A stretch of DNA of 64,000 nt from Actinomycetes bacterium (GTDB lineage Bacteria; Actinomycetota; Acidimicrobiia; Acidimicrobiales; JAKAVM01): the NCBI GenBank assembly GCA_021827485.1, contig JAKAVM010000101.1:2766-66765 (forward strand), in the 5' to 3' direction. Every line of letters starts with the position of its first letter. Within the stretch, counting starts at the first letter, position 1. Below, one piece after another: positions 40,197 to 49,423 of the stretch. The translations under genes were made by a program, and so were the position numbers. The notes under the pieces are model-generated. The model was not told the origin of the DNA, made no database searches, and saw only the letters and a list, made by a program, of their open reading frames with translations.

Positions 40197-42687
40197 GCGG
40201 ACATTTCTTTTATCCATCATCGATACCGCGACTCAGCCGGACTTACCGGACCAGAATACGATGGATCAGCGGACATTTCTTTTATCCATCATCGATACCG
40301 CGACCAGCTCAAGCCGAGGCTAAATTATCCCAAGGTATTAGAGTGCGGACATTTCTTTTATCCATCATCGATACCGCGACATGAGTACCGTAATACACGT
40401 TTGTGGCGATGGATACAGCGGACATTTCTTTTATCCATCATCGATACCGCGACGACTATTTCGGGGTTAACACTAACAATATATTCTGGCGGACATTTCT
40501 TTTATCCATCATCGATACCGCGACTATTTCTGCCTCTCACCGGCCGCACGTTATGAGGGCGCGGACATTTCTTTTATCCATCATCGATACCGCGACGGTT
40601 GAGGCCCGGGACGTTTACGGCTGGTCCGTTGCGGCGGACATTTCTTTTATCCATCATCGATACCGCGACCCGGCTCAGTATAGACACTATAAGGAATTCA
40701 TAGATGCGGACATTTCTTTTATCCATCATCGATACCGCGACAGTACTGTTTGCATAGGTGCCTCCTACTTTCCGTGTGCGGACATTTCTTTTATCCATCA
40801 TCGATACCGCGACGCGTTGGTGAAGTTTGCATCCGTGAAGTCTCCTCCGGTGCGGACATTTCTTTTATCCATCATCGATACCGCGACCCTTGCGCATCTA
40901 ATGGACTTGTAATATCCACATTGGCGGACATTTCTTTTATCCATCATCGATACCGCGACTCGAGTCCACCCAGTGCCAGAATTCTTCTGGTGAGAGCGGA
41001 CATTTCTTTTATCCATCATCGATACCGCGACGTGGCTGGCCTGAAGAGCAGGCAAGAGGAGAAACAGCGGACATTTCTTTTATCCATCATCGATACCGCG
41101 ACCCGGGGAATCTATACTAACAAGGTAGATCTGGATCTAGGCGGACATTTCTTTTATCCATCATCGATACCGCGACGCGATCTGCCGCGTACACTTGCCC
41201 GCCATGCTCATGCGGCGGACATTTCTTTTATCCATCATCGATACCGCGACCCGATCTTCGAGCTGCCACTCTTGAAGGTGCCAATCTTGCGGACATTTCT
41301 TTTATCCATCATCGATACCGCGACAAGACAATCAAGGAGGTAGTAATTTGAGCAATATTGCGGACATTTCTTTTATCCATCATCGATACCGCGACTAAAG
41401 GGACTTGGCAGTGCAGCCGATAAGATCGCTGGCGGACATTTCTTTTATCCATCATCGATACCGCGACGAGTAAAAGAACTGATCGTAGGTTTGCAGAAGT
41501 TTTGGCGGACATTTCTTTTATCCATCATCGATACCGCGACTTGGCTGTAGAGCTTAGATCGGCTAGTGAGGTGTCGCGGACATTTCTTTTATCCATCATC
41601 GATACCGCGACTGGACGACTTATATCTGCTGGGAGAGGGTAATTGGAGCGGACATTTCTTTTATCCATCATCGATACCGCGACTAGATGTTGCCCTATGT
41701 GTCGGTTGACGACGTAATAGCGGACATTTCTTTTATCCATCATCGATACCGCGACTTGAAAATGCTCAAGATCTCCTGCAAGTATTTCAAGCGCGGACAT
41801 TTCTTTTATCTATCATCGATACCGCGACGAGTTGACGGATGTATACATCGAGATACGCGATTACGCGGACATTTCTTTTATCCATCATCGATACCGCGAC
41901 CTCGGCTGCCCGTTCGACGGCTGTGCCTGTCGCTGGCGGACATTTCTTTTATCCATCATCGATACCGCGACTCATCCCAGTTCGGTTTTTGTACTAATGG
42001 GAGAGTGGCGGACATTTCTTTTATCCATCATCGATACCGCGACACGGCCCTACCCACGGTTGGGCTAAATCTTGTTCCGGCGGACATTTCTTTTATCCAT
42101 CATCGATACCGCGACGAAGACATGGGTGACGTTTGCGAGGAGTGTTTTTGGGCGGACATTTCTTTTATCCATCATCGATACCGCGACTTGAGGAAGGGGC
42201 ATCCCAGGATGCCGCGACGATGGCGGACATTTCTTTTATCCATCATCGATACCGCGACGCTAGTAGCGGTAAGGATCGAGCGAGCGATAAAAGAAGCGGA
42301 CATTTCTTTTATCCATCATCGATACCGCGACCTAACAGCGCAACTTAGTTATGGCATACCTGAACATGCGGACATTTCTTTTATCCATCATCGATACCGC
42401 GACCTCCAACTTGAGTGCCGCCTGCTAGAAACGCTCTTGCGGACATTTCTTTTATCCATCATCGATACCGCGACGGCACATGTCGTATATGGTAGAGCGC
42501 TTAGGGATGAGCGGACATTTCTTTTATCCATCATCGATACCGCGACATGTGGCAGGATTGCTAATCGAACTTGGTGCGCTTGCGGACATTTCTTTTATCC
42601 ATCATCGATACCGCGACCCGCCGATCATGCGTGAGGGCAGCATCTTGGCGTGCGGACATTTCTTTTATCCATCATCGATACCGCGAC
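40197..42687 (+). CRISPR. CRISPR array with 35 repeats of 36 nt and 34 unique spacers of 34-40 nt
   Basis: The repeat is GCGGACATTTCTTTTATCCATCATCGATACCGCGAC, first at 40197 and last at 42652-42687. The only variant is C-to-T at 41811 in repeat 23. Strand is inferred from the GCGAC 3' end, which resembles the ...GCAC end of Cas12b repeats. Confidence 0.98.
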
Positions 42688-43015
42688 ACCTATCGAAATT
42701 AGGTACACTTTACAAGGGATAACCGGAACGAGTTCGAGCGGTATCCTTCTGCTGATTCTACCAGATTTGATTACAACGCATTCTGGCGATCGGATCTGTA
42801 ATCTATCAGGAGATTCCCCCGTGCGAGCGCTAACCGAGATCTGACAGTCAAATCAGCCCTCGCAAAGAGCGTGACTCTACAAGAAATGCACTCGGATGCC
42901 CTACTTTTGCAGGGTCGCCTTTCACGGCACCGCTACTCCGAGCCTCGCTGCCACCTAAGTGCTAGCTAGCCCTAGTCTAACACGATGCAGTGCCGTGGTC
43001 AACAACTCCGGGCAT

Positions 43016-46000
43016 TTACTTCGGGAGTCGCGAGCGAAGTGCCTTCTGAGCCTTGGCCTGCCTGTTCTTGGGTTTCGACGAGGGAGCGGACCCTTCGGAA
43101 GTCTTTTGGGCGTAAGGCGTCAGAGCTCTTAGAGCAATATTGGCCGCGGCGTTCTGGTCGGCATCTTCCAATCGCCACTCAGAGGGATGCGCATCGATCG
43201 GGAATGCCAGGTGGGTTCCTCCACGGTCTGGTACCGGTACGTTGCAATCATTGCCCGGAGTCGGTGGTTTCCCGCTATTAATCGCGCTGTCAACATCCAA
43301 GACTGCTTGGTGCAGCGGCCAGAGTTCCCCGCCATCCTTCTTAGCCTTGGTCTCAGCTCGCCGGGCAGTCTCGATCTTCTTTGACCATTGCTCAGCAAAT
43401 TTATTCTTGCCGGTCAGATCTGCCGCAGGCGTCAGATGGACTCGCACTCCGCGCTCTTTGAGCGCGAACGATTCCTGGCTCGTCCCGAACGGATTAACGG
43501 ATTTGAGCGCAAGTCCGTGCAACTCACATAGCTCGTTCAAATACTTTCCGGTATCTGCCTTGCCCCACAAGCTTACTTTGCGGTTCTCTACATGGCCTCG
43601 CTTCTCATCAGTTCGATACTTACTCAAGTCCTCAAAGGCGATACCGTGACACCGGTTCACGAGAGCAGTTCGGACAATCGCCGACGCGATCTGCTTGGAG
43701 CAATCGTCTCGTATTGCTTTTCTGAGTTCGAGTATTTCCGCTCCGAAGCCATCAGGGAGTTCCGTTCCCCGCGGCCCGTCAGGAGTCGGGCGGGCAAACA
43801 CGCGAGCGCTATTGCGATAGAGGTCGTAAAGTAGATTGAGGCGGTCGAGCGGAGAAAGCCACCGTACGCCCCGGAACTGGACCGGACCATCGAAGCCGAG
43901 TCTCCGTGCTGGGCTCTCGGCGAGAAGCCCGCCGATCACCATTGTCCGGACCCCTCGCCATACACTCCGGAGAATCTCATCCTCTTCGGTCCATAAGGTT
44001 GCCGCCTTATCCGCTAGACCTGTCCGGTTCTTCTCCATTGCCGCCAACCACATGCGAATATCCGTGACGTTGCCATTAGCGTCTACCGCGACGCCCGAGC
44101 ACGACTCGTTCCACAGACCGCTGACCCGGTGAGTCTGGTTTTCCTCGGCAATTCTCTTCCATCGGTCATACAATCGCTTGATCGGCAAGGCGTCATCATG
44201 AGATCCAAGCGACGCGGCAACTCGTGCCAGGAATCCATGCAGTAACATCCAACGCTTGAAATTCTTGAGCACTTGGTGCGCCAGCTCTTTTTGCGTTGTC
44301 TGAGGCCGATAGTCTTCACCCACACACCCTGCGACCCTCTGAGCAAGCAGTTTCTCCGATAACGACGGATGATATGAACGCTGGCCGACCACCACGTTCC
44401 CCGAAGAACTCCCGTCTCTCCGTGCCCACAAATCTGTCCCCTCGATGCGCCTGTACACACATGATGACCCGTCCGGACCACCAATTTCGACCGAAATGGT
44501 TCCTGCGTCGGGTTGTGGCTGGCTGTCCTTTTTGCATACAGCAACTACTTCGTTCTCGTCGCAGACGTGGAGTACCGCATAGCTAGCTTCTGCCCGGATA
44601 CCCAAGTCTATTCCCAATACCCGCCAACCGGGCGCAAGATCATCTTCCTTCGGCCACCTACCCTTGAGGTTTCGTACCGGTATCAACCCCTTCTTCTCCC
44701 GCCAGGTGATGGCAGGTCCGGCAGGTTTCAGTCTCAACGAAAGGGAGACGTGCCACCTCGGCAGCGAGTCCCTCCCCGGATCGCTTCCGCGTTCGCAATA
44801 GAGCTGGGCACTTGTCCAATCTTGCTTTGCAGCGACAGAGGCGACATCCGAACCGCCAACCGCCAACCGCCCCAGTCGATCACGTCTTGCCGCGCGCGGA
44901 CGACCAGGGTAGTCCCCGCGGTCCTTTCGCATGCGGGCCGACACCATGCGACCTGTGACTCTGCGAAGGGACGCACCATCCCACACCTTGTTAAAGGTCA
45001 CGCGCCCAGGGACACCTTGTACATTCCATTTCGCTGGCCACACATTCGTTCCGAACCTGACCCACAGCGGGTGCTGAGCGGGATCGGGGTGGCAGATGGC
45101 AGGAAGCTTGAGCCGTTGCTGGCGTTCCTCCTTATCCACCAGCTCCGCGTAATTACCGAGCAATTTGCCAAGCCCATCGAGTCCGCCCAGATCGTCCACA
45201 TGACCGGCGATCCACTTGAAAAGCGCATGGTCCCCGAATGCACGACCTGTAATGGCTGAGTCCGCTTGAAGTTCACTTACCGCCACCAATCTGTCTTCTG
45301 CCGTAGCGAGACCTTTCCATTCCGATATGACGTCGGCACTGTTCCTCGTCGCCTTACGCCGGATCCGGTAAGGACCGCCACTTTCCTCCGCACGTTCACG
45401 TTCGTACTCCTCCAAAGTCTTGAGTGGACCATCTGCTAATTCATCACGCCCCACTTTGATGTCGTCGTCGAGTTTCAGTAGTTCGTCTACTCGCTTGCGA
45501 ATATTGGTCGTTTGTGGGATGACAGCGGCGGCGGCGCCCACGACAATTTCACACTGCCCGTCGACTCCGATGTCACGCCAATTGCCGATGAAATTGGCCT
45601 TTTCGATCCGGAGGCGTATTGCCTCCGACCAGGGACGGGTGCCCTTCTTCCCGATCTTCAGTCTGGTTCCCTCGACATCACCCAAAAGCTTGCTGAGCTT
45701 GTCTGCGTCGTCATCGGAGATCGACGCTGAGGGATCCAACTTACAGCTCTCCGCCATTCGCTCCAAACGCAGCGTCAACTTATCTTTCCGACCCGGCTTC
45801 TTCCTGGATTCGAGAACGATCTTGATGGGATCGCCCCCGGATGAAACAGGTTCCAGTGCACCAGCCATTGAAGCAAACAGCCCCGCAATGTTGGCTCCGG
45901 CTTTGATAACGACCGATGTTAGCGCATCTTCCTTCTTCGCGACGCCTGCCCAGTCGGTTCCTTTGCCGGCGCCATACCGGTTTGACACCCAATCTCGTGC

Positions 46001-46618
46001 CGGAGCGTTGAGGCTGTTCTGGACGAGGGACGCATCAGTTTCGTCGTCTTCACTTTCCCCGGGTGCAAAGAGAATGCTGATAATGCTGGATGCTAGCTGT
46101 GTGCCATGCGGCTCGACCGCCTTCAACATGCCGCCCAGCATGTCTTCAAGGGGTTCAAGGGAATCGGTTCCGATCTTGCATTCCTGAGCGAAGTCAAGCC
46201 ACCCCTGTCTCCTGTCGATGATGGCAGTTCCCTCCCCCAGAGCACATTCGACCGCTGTCTTGGCGTCGACCACCCACTCATCGATTTCCGGATTAGACAA
46301 TCCGCAACCCGACAGATGTTCCCGAAAACGATTCTGCCGCTCATCCGGGTCGATGAGATACGGGCACGCTGTGACCTTTTCTCCCCGTTCGGGAGACAAC
46401 CAGTACGCGCAAAGTAGTGACCGGGCAAGCGCCCGCCGATCATCTCCAATATTTGCAAGGTCGCCCGGCGATACTGAGGCTCGGATCGTCAGAAACGCAT
46501 CAAGGAAGATTCCCTTGGCCCTGTTCACACCCACATGGTGGTTCCAGAGGGCTCGGGCATCCTCGTCACTCGTCCATAGTCGGGCAGTATAAGTACGGAT
46601 CGAATTCTTCTCCTTCAT
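43016..46618 (-). CDS. cas12b: Cas12b-family (type V-B-like) effector, 1200 aa
   Basis: RuvC-I is VLGIDLGIR (D671, nt 44606-44608). RuvC-II is IAFEDLS (E996, nt 43631-43633). RuvC-III is EDADQNAAANIALR (D1154, nt 43157-43159). Further blocks resemble AacCas12b as I recall it: ALWNHHVGVN, FGDHALFKWIA and HPDPAQHPLWVRF. Confidence 0.85.
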   Translation of the reverse strand: MKEKNSIRTYTARLWTSDEDARALWNHHVGVNRAKGIFLDAFLTIRASVSPGDLANIGDDRRALARSLLCAYWLSPERGEKVTACPYLIDPDERQNRFREHLSGCGLSNPEIDEWVVDAKTAVECALGEGTAIIDRRQGWLDFAQECKIGTDSLEPLEDMLGGMLKAVEPHGTQLASSIISILFAPGESEDDETDASLVQNSLNAPARDWVSNRYGAGKGTDWAGVAKKEDALTSVVIKAGANIAGLFASMAGALEPVSSGGDPIKIVLESRKKPGRKDKLTLRLERMAESCKLDPSASISDDDADKLSKLLGDVEGTRLKIGKKGTRPWSEAIRLRIEKANFIGNWRDIGVDGQCEIVVGAAAAVIPQTTNIRKRVDELLKLDDDIKVGRDELADGPLKTLEEYERERAEESGGPYRIRRKATRNSADVISEWKGLATAEDRLVAVSELQADSAITGRAFGDHALFKWIAGHVDDLGGLDGLGKLLGNYAELVDKEERQQRLKLPAICHPDPAQHPLWVRFGTNVWPAKWNVQGVPGRVTFNKVWDGASLRRVTGRMVSARMRKDRGDYPGRPRAARRDRLGRLAVGGSDVASVAAKQDWTSAQLYCERGSDPGRDSLPRWHVSLSLRLKPAGPAITWREKKGLIPVRNLKGRWPKEDDLAPGWRVLGIDLGIRAEASYAVLHVCDENEVVAVCKKDSQPQPDAGTISVEIGGPDGSSCVYRRIEGTDLWARRDGSSSGNVVVGQRSYHPSLSEKLLAQRVAGCVGEDYRPQTTQKELAHQVLKNFKRWMLLHGFLARVAASLGSHDDALPIKRLYDRWKRIAEENQTHRVSGLWNESCSGVAVDANGNVTDIRMWLAAMEKNRTGLADKAATLWTEEDEILRSVWRGVRTMVIGGLLAESPARRLGFDGPVQFRGVRWLSPLDRLNLLYDLYRNSARVFARPTPDGPRGTELPDGFGAEILELRKAIRDDCSKQIASAIVRTALVNRCHGIAFEDLSKYRTDEKRGHVENRKVSLWGKADTGKYLNELCELHGLALKSVNPFGTSQESFALKERGVRVHLTPAADLTGKNKFAEQWSKKIETARRAETKAKKDGGELWPLHQAVLDVDSAINSGKPPTPGNDCNVPVPDRGGTHLAFPIDAHPSEWRLEDADQNAAANIALRALTPYAQKTSEGSAPSSKPKNRQAKAQKALRSRLPK

Positions 46619-46686
46619 ACCTAGAGCATATCATGGTGTTAGTTTCAGCTCGCCGAAATTTCTAAGAGGCTGTCGCTATTTTGATG

Positions 46687-46796
46687 TTAGCTACGAACGT
46701 GATAGCGATGAAGAAGATGAAGAACTGATCATGCAGTACCCACCTCGTCTGCGAAAACTCCTCGGGATAGGATAAGGAACAACTAAACAGGTAACT
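46687..46796. repeat. DR-R, the right copy of the perfect 110-bp direct repeat
   Basis: Identical to 36707-36816. It duplicates the last 89 bp plus 21 bp downstream of the SEC-C-motif gene. Confidence 0.95.
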
Positions 46797-46803
46797 CGCT
46801 GAT

Positions 46804-47934
46804 TCATGACCGCAAAATCCATTGTTTGAAAAAAGGGTCGTCGACACTCCACTCGCCCGCTCTTTCGACGATTAGGTCTGCCGATTCGAGAGCGGTCAAC
46901 GCCTTTTTTACTGACGATGCATTGGCTACAGCTGCTCGCGATACAAATGCCGAGCTAAATGGATTACGTTCCGCGCCTTGTGCCAATGCAAGCAACACTT
47001 TTCGCTGATTATTTGTCAGGCGGCTGAATACGCTAGCGTAGTTATTCGATTGATGGGAGATTGCATTTTCCATACCACTGAGAACTGTATCGGTTCCAAT
47101 TGTATGATCCCCTAATGCCCACGATTCATAGGCCAAGCGCTGAATGTCATTCGGCACGGGGTTGCTGAGTGAGAGTATAAGCCTTGCTGCCGCTTCGCTA
47201 ATAGGTTTTTCGGAACTTTCAGCTCTCGCTCGTAAGTACTCAATCATTGTAGTTTCTGGTAGTGGTTCAAGAAACATCGTTTCGGTCATTCCGTATAGTG
47301 GTGAGCTATGAGTGAGGAGCAAGTTTTTCATCATGTGACGGTTCGACCCTGCTATCGCAAGAGAAACCAATGGATAAGTATCGGACATCGACTTGAAAAA
47401 GTTTGCCATATTTACTCCGATAGAAGTTATCTCTTGGAATTCATCGAGAATTAATACAGCTGGCCTATCGTTAGCTATCCGATTGAGAAGTGAATATACC
47501 TCTTCTATCGAACGAAGATAGTCTAGATTAGAGAGATGTGGGCTAAAGCTAAAGGTGGGACGATTGTCGAGACCTAAGGAGATTGATGGGGTAATTCGGA
47601 ATCGACGCAAGAAATCGGATATCCCATCTCGGCTGCGTCTCCAGCCACCCGGAACTCGGTAAGCACTGGTGACTAGTGCGCTGGAAAAGTCAGCCAAGCT
47701 AGGTGTCTTGAGAACTGACACCGAAACGACTGCTCCAGAGCGGGGGCGTGCTTGAATTCTCCCAGCTGCCGCCTCAAGCAGCGATGTCTTGCCATAGCGT
47801 CGTGGCGATATGAGAGAGATATTGATCGAATCGTTCAATCGCTTGGTTAGTGTTGAGAGTTCTTCCTTGCGTCCAGCAAAATGTGGTCCAGAAACTGGGG
47901 ATCCATACTGATAGGGATTGCCGCTGCGGTACAT
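46804..47934 (-). CDS. AAA-type ATPase (Arch_ATPase/DUF234-like), function unknown
   Basis: Walker A SPRRYGKTSL and Walker B LILDEFQE, with a C-terminal winged-helix-like tail. Confidence 0.65.
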   Translation of the reverse strand: MYRSGNPYQYGSPVSGPHFAGRKEELSTLTKRLNDSINISLISPRRYGKTSLLEAAAGRIQARPRSGAVVSVSVLKTPSLADFSSALVTSAYRVPGGWRRSRDGISDFLRRFRITPSISLGLDNRPTFSFSPHLSNLDYLRSIEEVYSLLNRIANDRPAVLILDEFQEITSIGVNMANFFKSMSDTYPLVSLAIAGSNRHMMKNLLLTHSSPLYGMTETMFLEPLPETTMIEYLRARAESSEKPISEAAARLILSLSNPVPNDIQRLAYESWALGDHTIGTDTVLSGMENAISHQSNNYASVFSRLTNNQRKVLLALAQGAERNPFSSAFVSRAAVANASSVKKALTALESADLIVERAGEWSVDDPFFKQWILRS

Positions 47935-47939
47935 TGCCA

Positions 47940-47991
47940 GTATTATACCACTAGTATTATGTAGTTGGTATTATACCTTAGGTAAAATACC
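47940..47991. promoter_or_regulatory. Four copies of a GTAWWATAC(C)-like motif directly upstream of the ATPase gene
   Basis: gtattatacc (47940), agtattatg (47953), ggtattatacc (47967) and ggtaaaatacc (47981). The first copy is 6 bp from the start codon at 47934. Confidence 0.4.
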
Positions 47992-48131
47992 TCAAGCCAA
48001 GCGTAAGCATAGTACCTGGCTCTTATAACCTATCGGTGGGTCAACTTTGCTAGTTTTCGACTATTACCGATCAATACGAGTGGGCTTACCTGCAATTTCC
48101 TAGGTCAGCTCAAAGGTCACTCAATAGAACC

Positions 48132-48164
48132 TTGTAAATCCGAATATCAAGTTCGGATTTACAA
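48132..48164. promoter_or_regulatory. Perfect 13-bp inverted repeat (operator- or hairpin-like) upstream of the second ATPase gene
   Basis: ttgtaaatccgaa-tatcaag-ttcggatttacaa, 23 bp upstream of the ATG at 48187. Confidence 0.4.
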
Positions 48165-48186
48165 AACAATATGCTACTGTATTAGT

Positions 48187-49371
48187 ATGATTATTCGAGA
48201 AATAACCCAGGAACTGAGAGAATCAGCAGCCGAATTTCCTGCAGTCACTATTCTTGGGCCTCGCCAGTCAGGTAAGACAACACTTGCAAGATATGCATTC
48301 CCGAATTACCGATATATTTCCTTGGAGGATCCTGATACCAACCTCAGGGCCAATGATGACCCTCGAGGACTGCTCTCCGAACTAGGTGACGGTGGCATTA
48401 TCGATGAGATCCAAAGAGTTCCCGATATCGCTTCATATCTTCAAGGGCTCATCGATTCAAAGCGAGGCAACGGTCGATATATCCTTACGGGATCTAACCA
48501 GCCGATTTTAAGAGACACCGTTTCACAATCTCTAGCGGGGCGGACATCTATCTTGGAATTGATGCCGTATTCCTTCCAAGAAATTAATCAATACGAGTCA
48601 ATCCAAAATGCTTTCGAGCTGATTATCAAAGGTTCATTCCCGAGGGTATACGAAGAAAGAGTGAGGCCAGATAGGTTTTATAATTCATACGTACAAACCT
48701 ACATTGAGCGAGATGTTCGTTTGATGATCAATGTCAGAAACACTCTTCAGTTCCAAAGGTTCGTCACTTTGCTTGCCGCTAGAGTTGGTCAGCTGCTGAA
48801 CTTTGAGTCGATTTCCAACGATATAGGAATTTCTGCAACTGCTCTTAGGAACTGGTTTTCTGTTCTCAAAGCAACCTATGTGGTCTACGAACTCCGCCCA
48901 TGGCATGCCAATATACGAAAAAGGCTTATTAAATCATCGAAGGTTTACTTTACCGACGTAGGATTAGCAGCTTTCTTGTTGGGGATTCACACATCTGATC
49001 AATTGAGAACTCATCCACTGCGGGGGAGCCTATATGAAAACCTCATCCTCACAGAGCTTCTCAAAGGAGCATACAATAAAGGGGCCAGGCCGGACCTCTA
49101 TTTTTTTCGAGACTCCGGTGGAAATGAGATTGATCTGGTTGCCCAAATCGCAGGCAAATGGATTCCAATTGAGGTTAAGTCCTCTGCCACGTTTTCGAAG
49201 GACTTTGTTCGGACAATCAATATGTTCCAAGGTCTCGGAATCGGAGAGGTCGAAAATGGCATAGTTTTCTATAATGGTGAGGCCAATATGAATTACAACG
49301 GTATTTCAATCTTGAATCCTCTCCATATAGGTACTCGAACGCTTTGGGACGTAATTCAAAGCCCAGGTTAA
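48187..49371 (+). CDS. AAA ATPase with DUF4143-like C-terminal domain, function unknown
   Basis: Walker A GPRQSGKTTL, IIDEIQ, and the C-terminal YFFRDSGGNEIDLV nuclease-fold-like segment typical of this family. Confidence 0.7.
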   Translation: MIIREITQELRESAAEFPAVTILGPRQSGKTTLARYAFPNYRYISLEDPDTNLRANDDPRGLLSELGDGGIIDEIQRVPDIASYLQGLIDSKRGNGRYILTGSNQPILRDTVSQSLAGRTSILELMPYSFQEINQYESIQNAFELIIKGSFPRVYEERVRPDRFYNSYVQTYIERDVRLMINVRNTLQFQRFVTLLAARVGQLLNFESISNDIGISATALRNWFSVLKATYVVYELRPWHANIRKRLIKSSKVYFTDVGLAAFLLGIHTSDQLRTHPLRGSLYENLILTELLKGAYNKGARPDLYFFRDSGGNEIDLVAQIAGKWIPIEVKSSATFSKDFVRTINMFQGLGIGEVENGIVFYNGEANMNYNGISILNPLHIGTRTLWDVIQSPG

Positions 49372-49423
49372 TAGACTTGTGCGCGAAATTGCACCCAAAA
49401 AGCTGACCTAAAGAAAGATATGC

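Noticed and set aside
42688-42760. A degenerate terminal repeat after the last spacer-length interval
   Set aside because: Aligning 42723-42758 to the repeat gives only about 5 of the first 7 positions and then near-random matching. I do not count it as a repeat.
40403-42844. Long ORFs on both strands across the CRISPR array (for example 40403-40912, 40750-41343, 41687-42634), with recurring peptides such as ADISFIHHRYRD
   Set aside because: They are translations of the 36-nt repeat, which lacks stop codons in several frames. The periodic peptides arise from the repeat, so these are not genes.
43140-46592. Many antisense or alternative-frame ORFs inside cas12b (for example 44513-45259, 45420-46187, 46218-46592)
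   Set aside because: They lie in a ~60% GC gene where stop codons are rare in off-frames. They have no recognisable motifs, and the 1200-aa minus-strand frame explains the region.
46662-46847. 61-aa minus-strand ORF spanning DR-R
   Set aside because: It runs antisense through the duplicated 3' end of the SEC-C gene and overlaps the ATPase gene end. It has no motif support.
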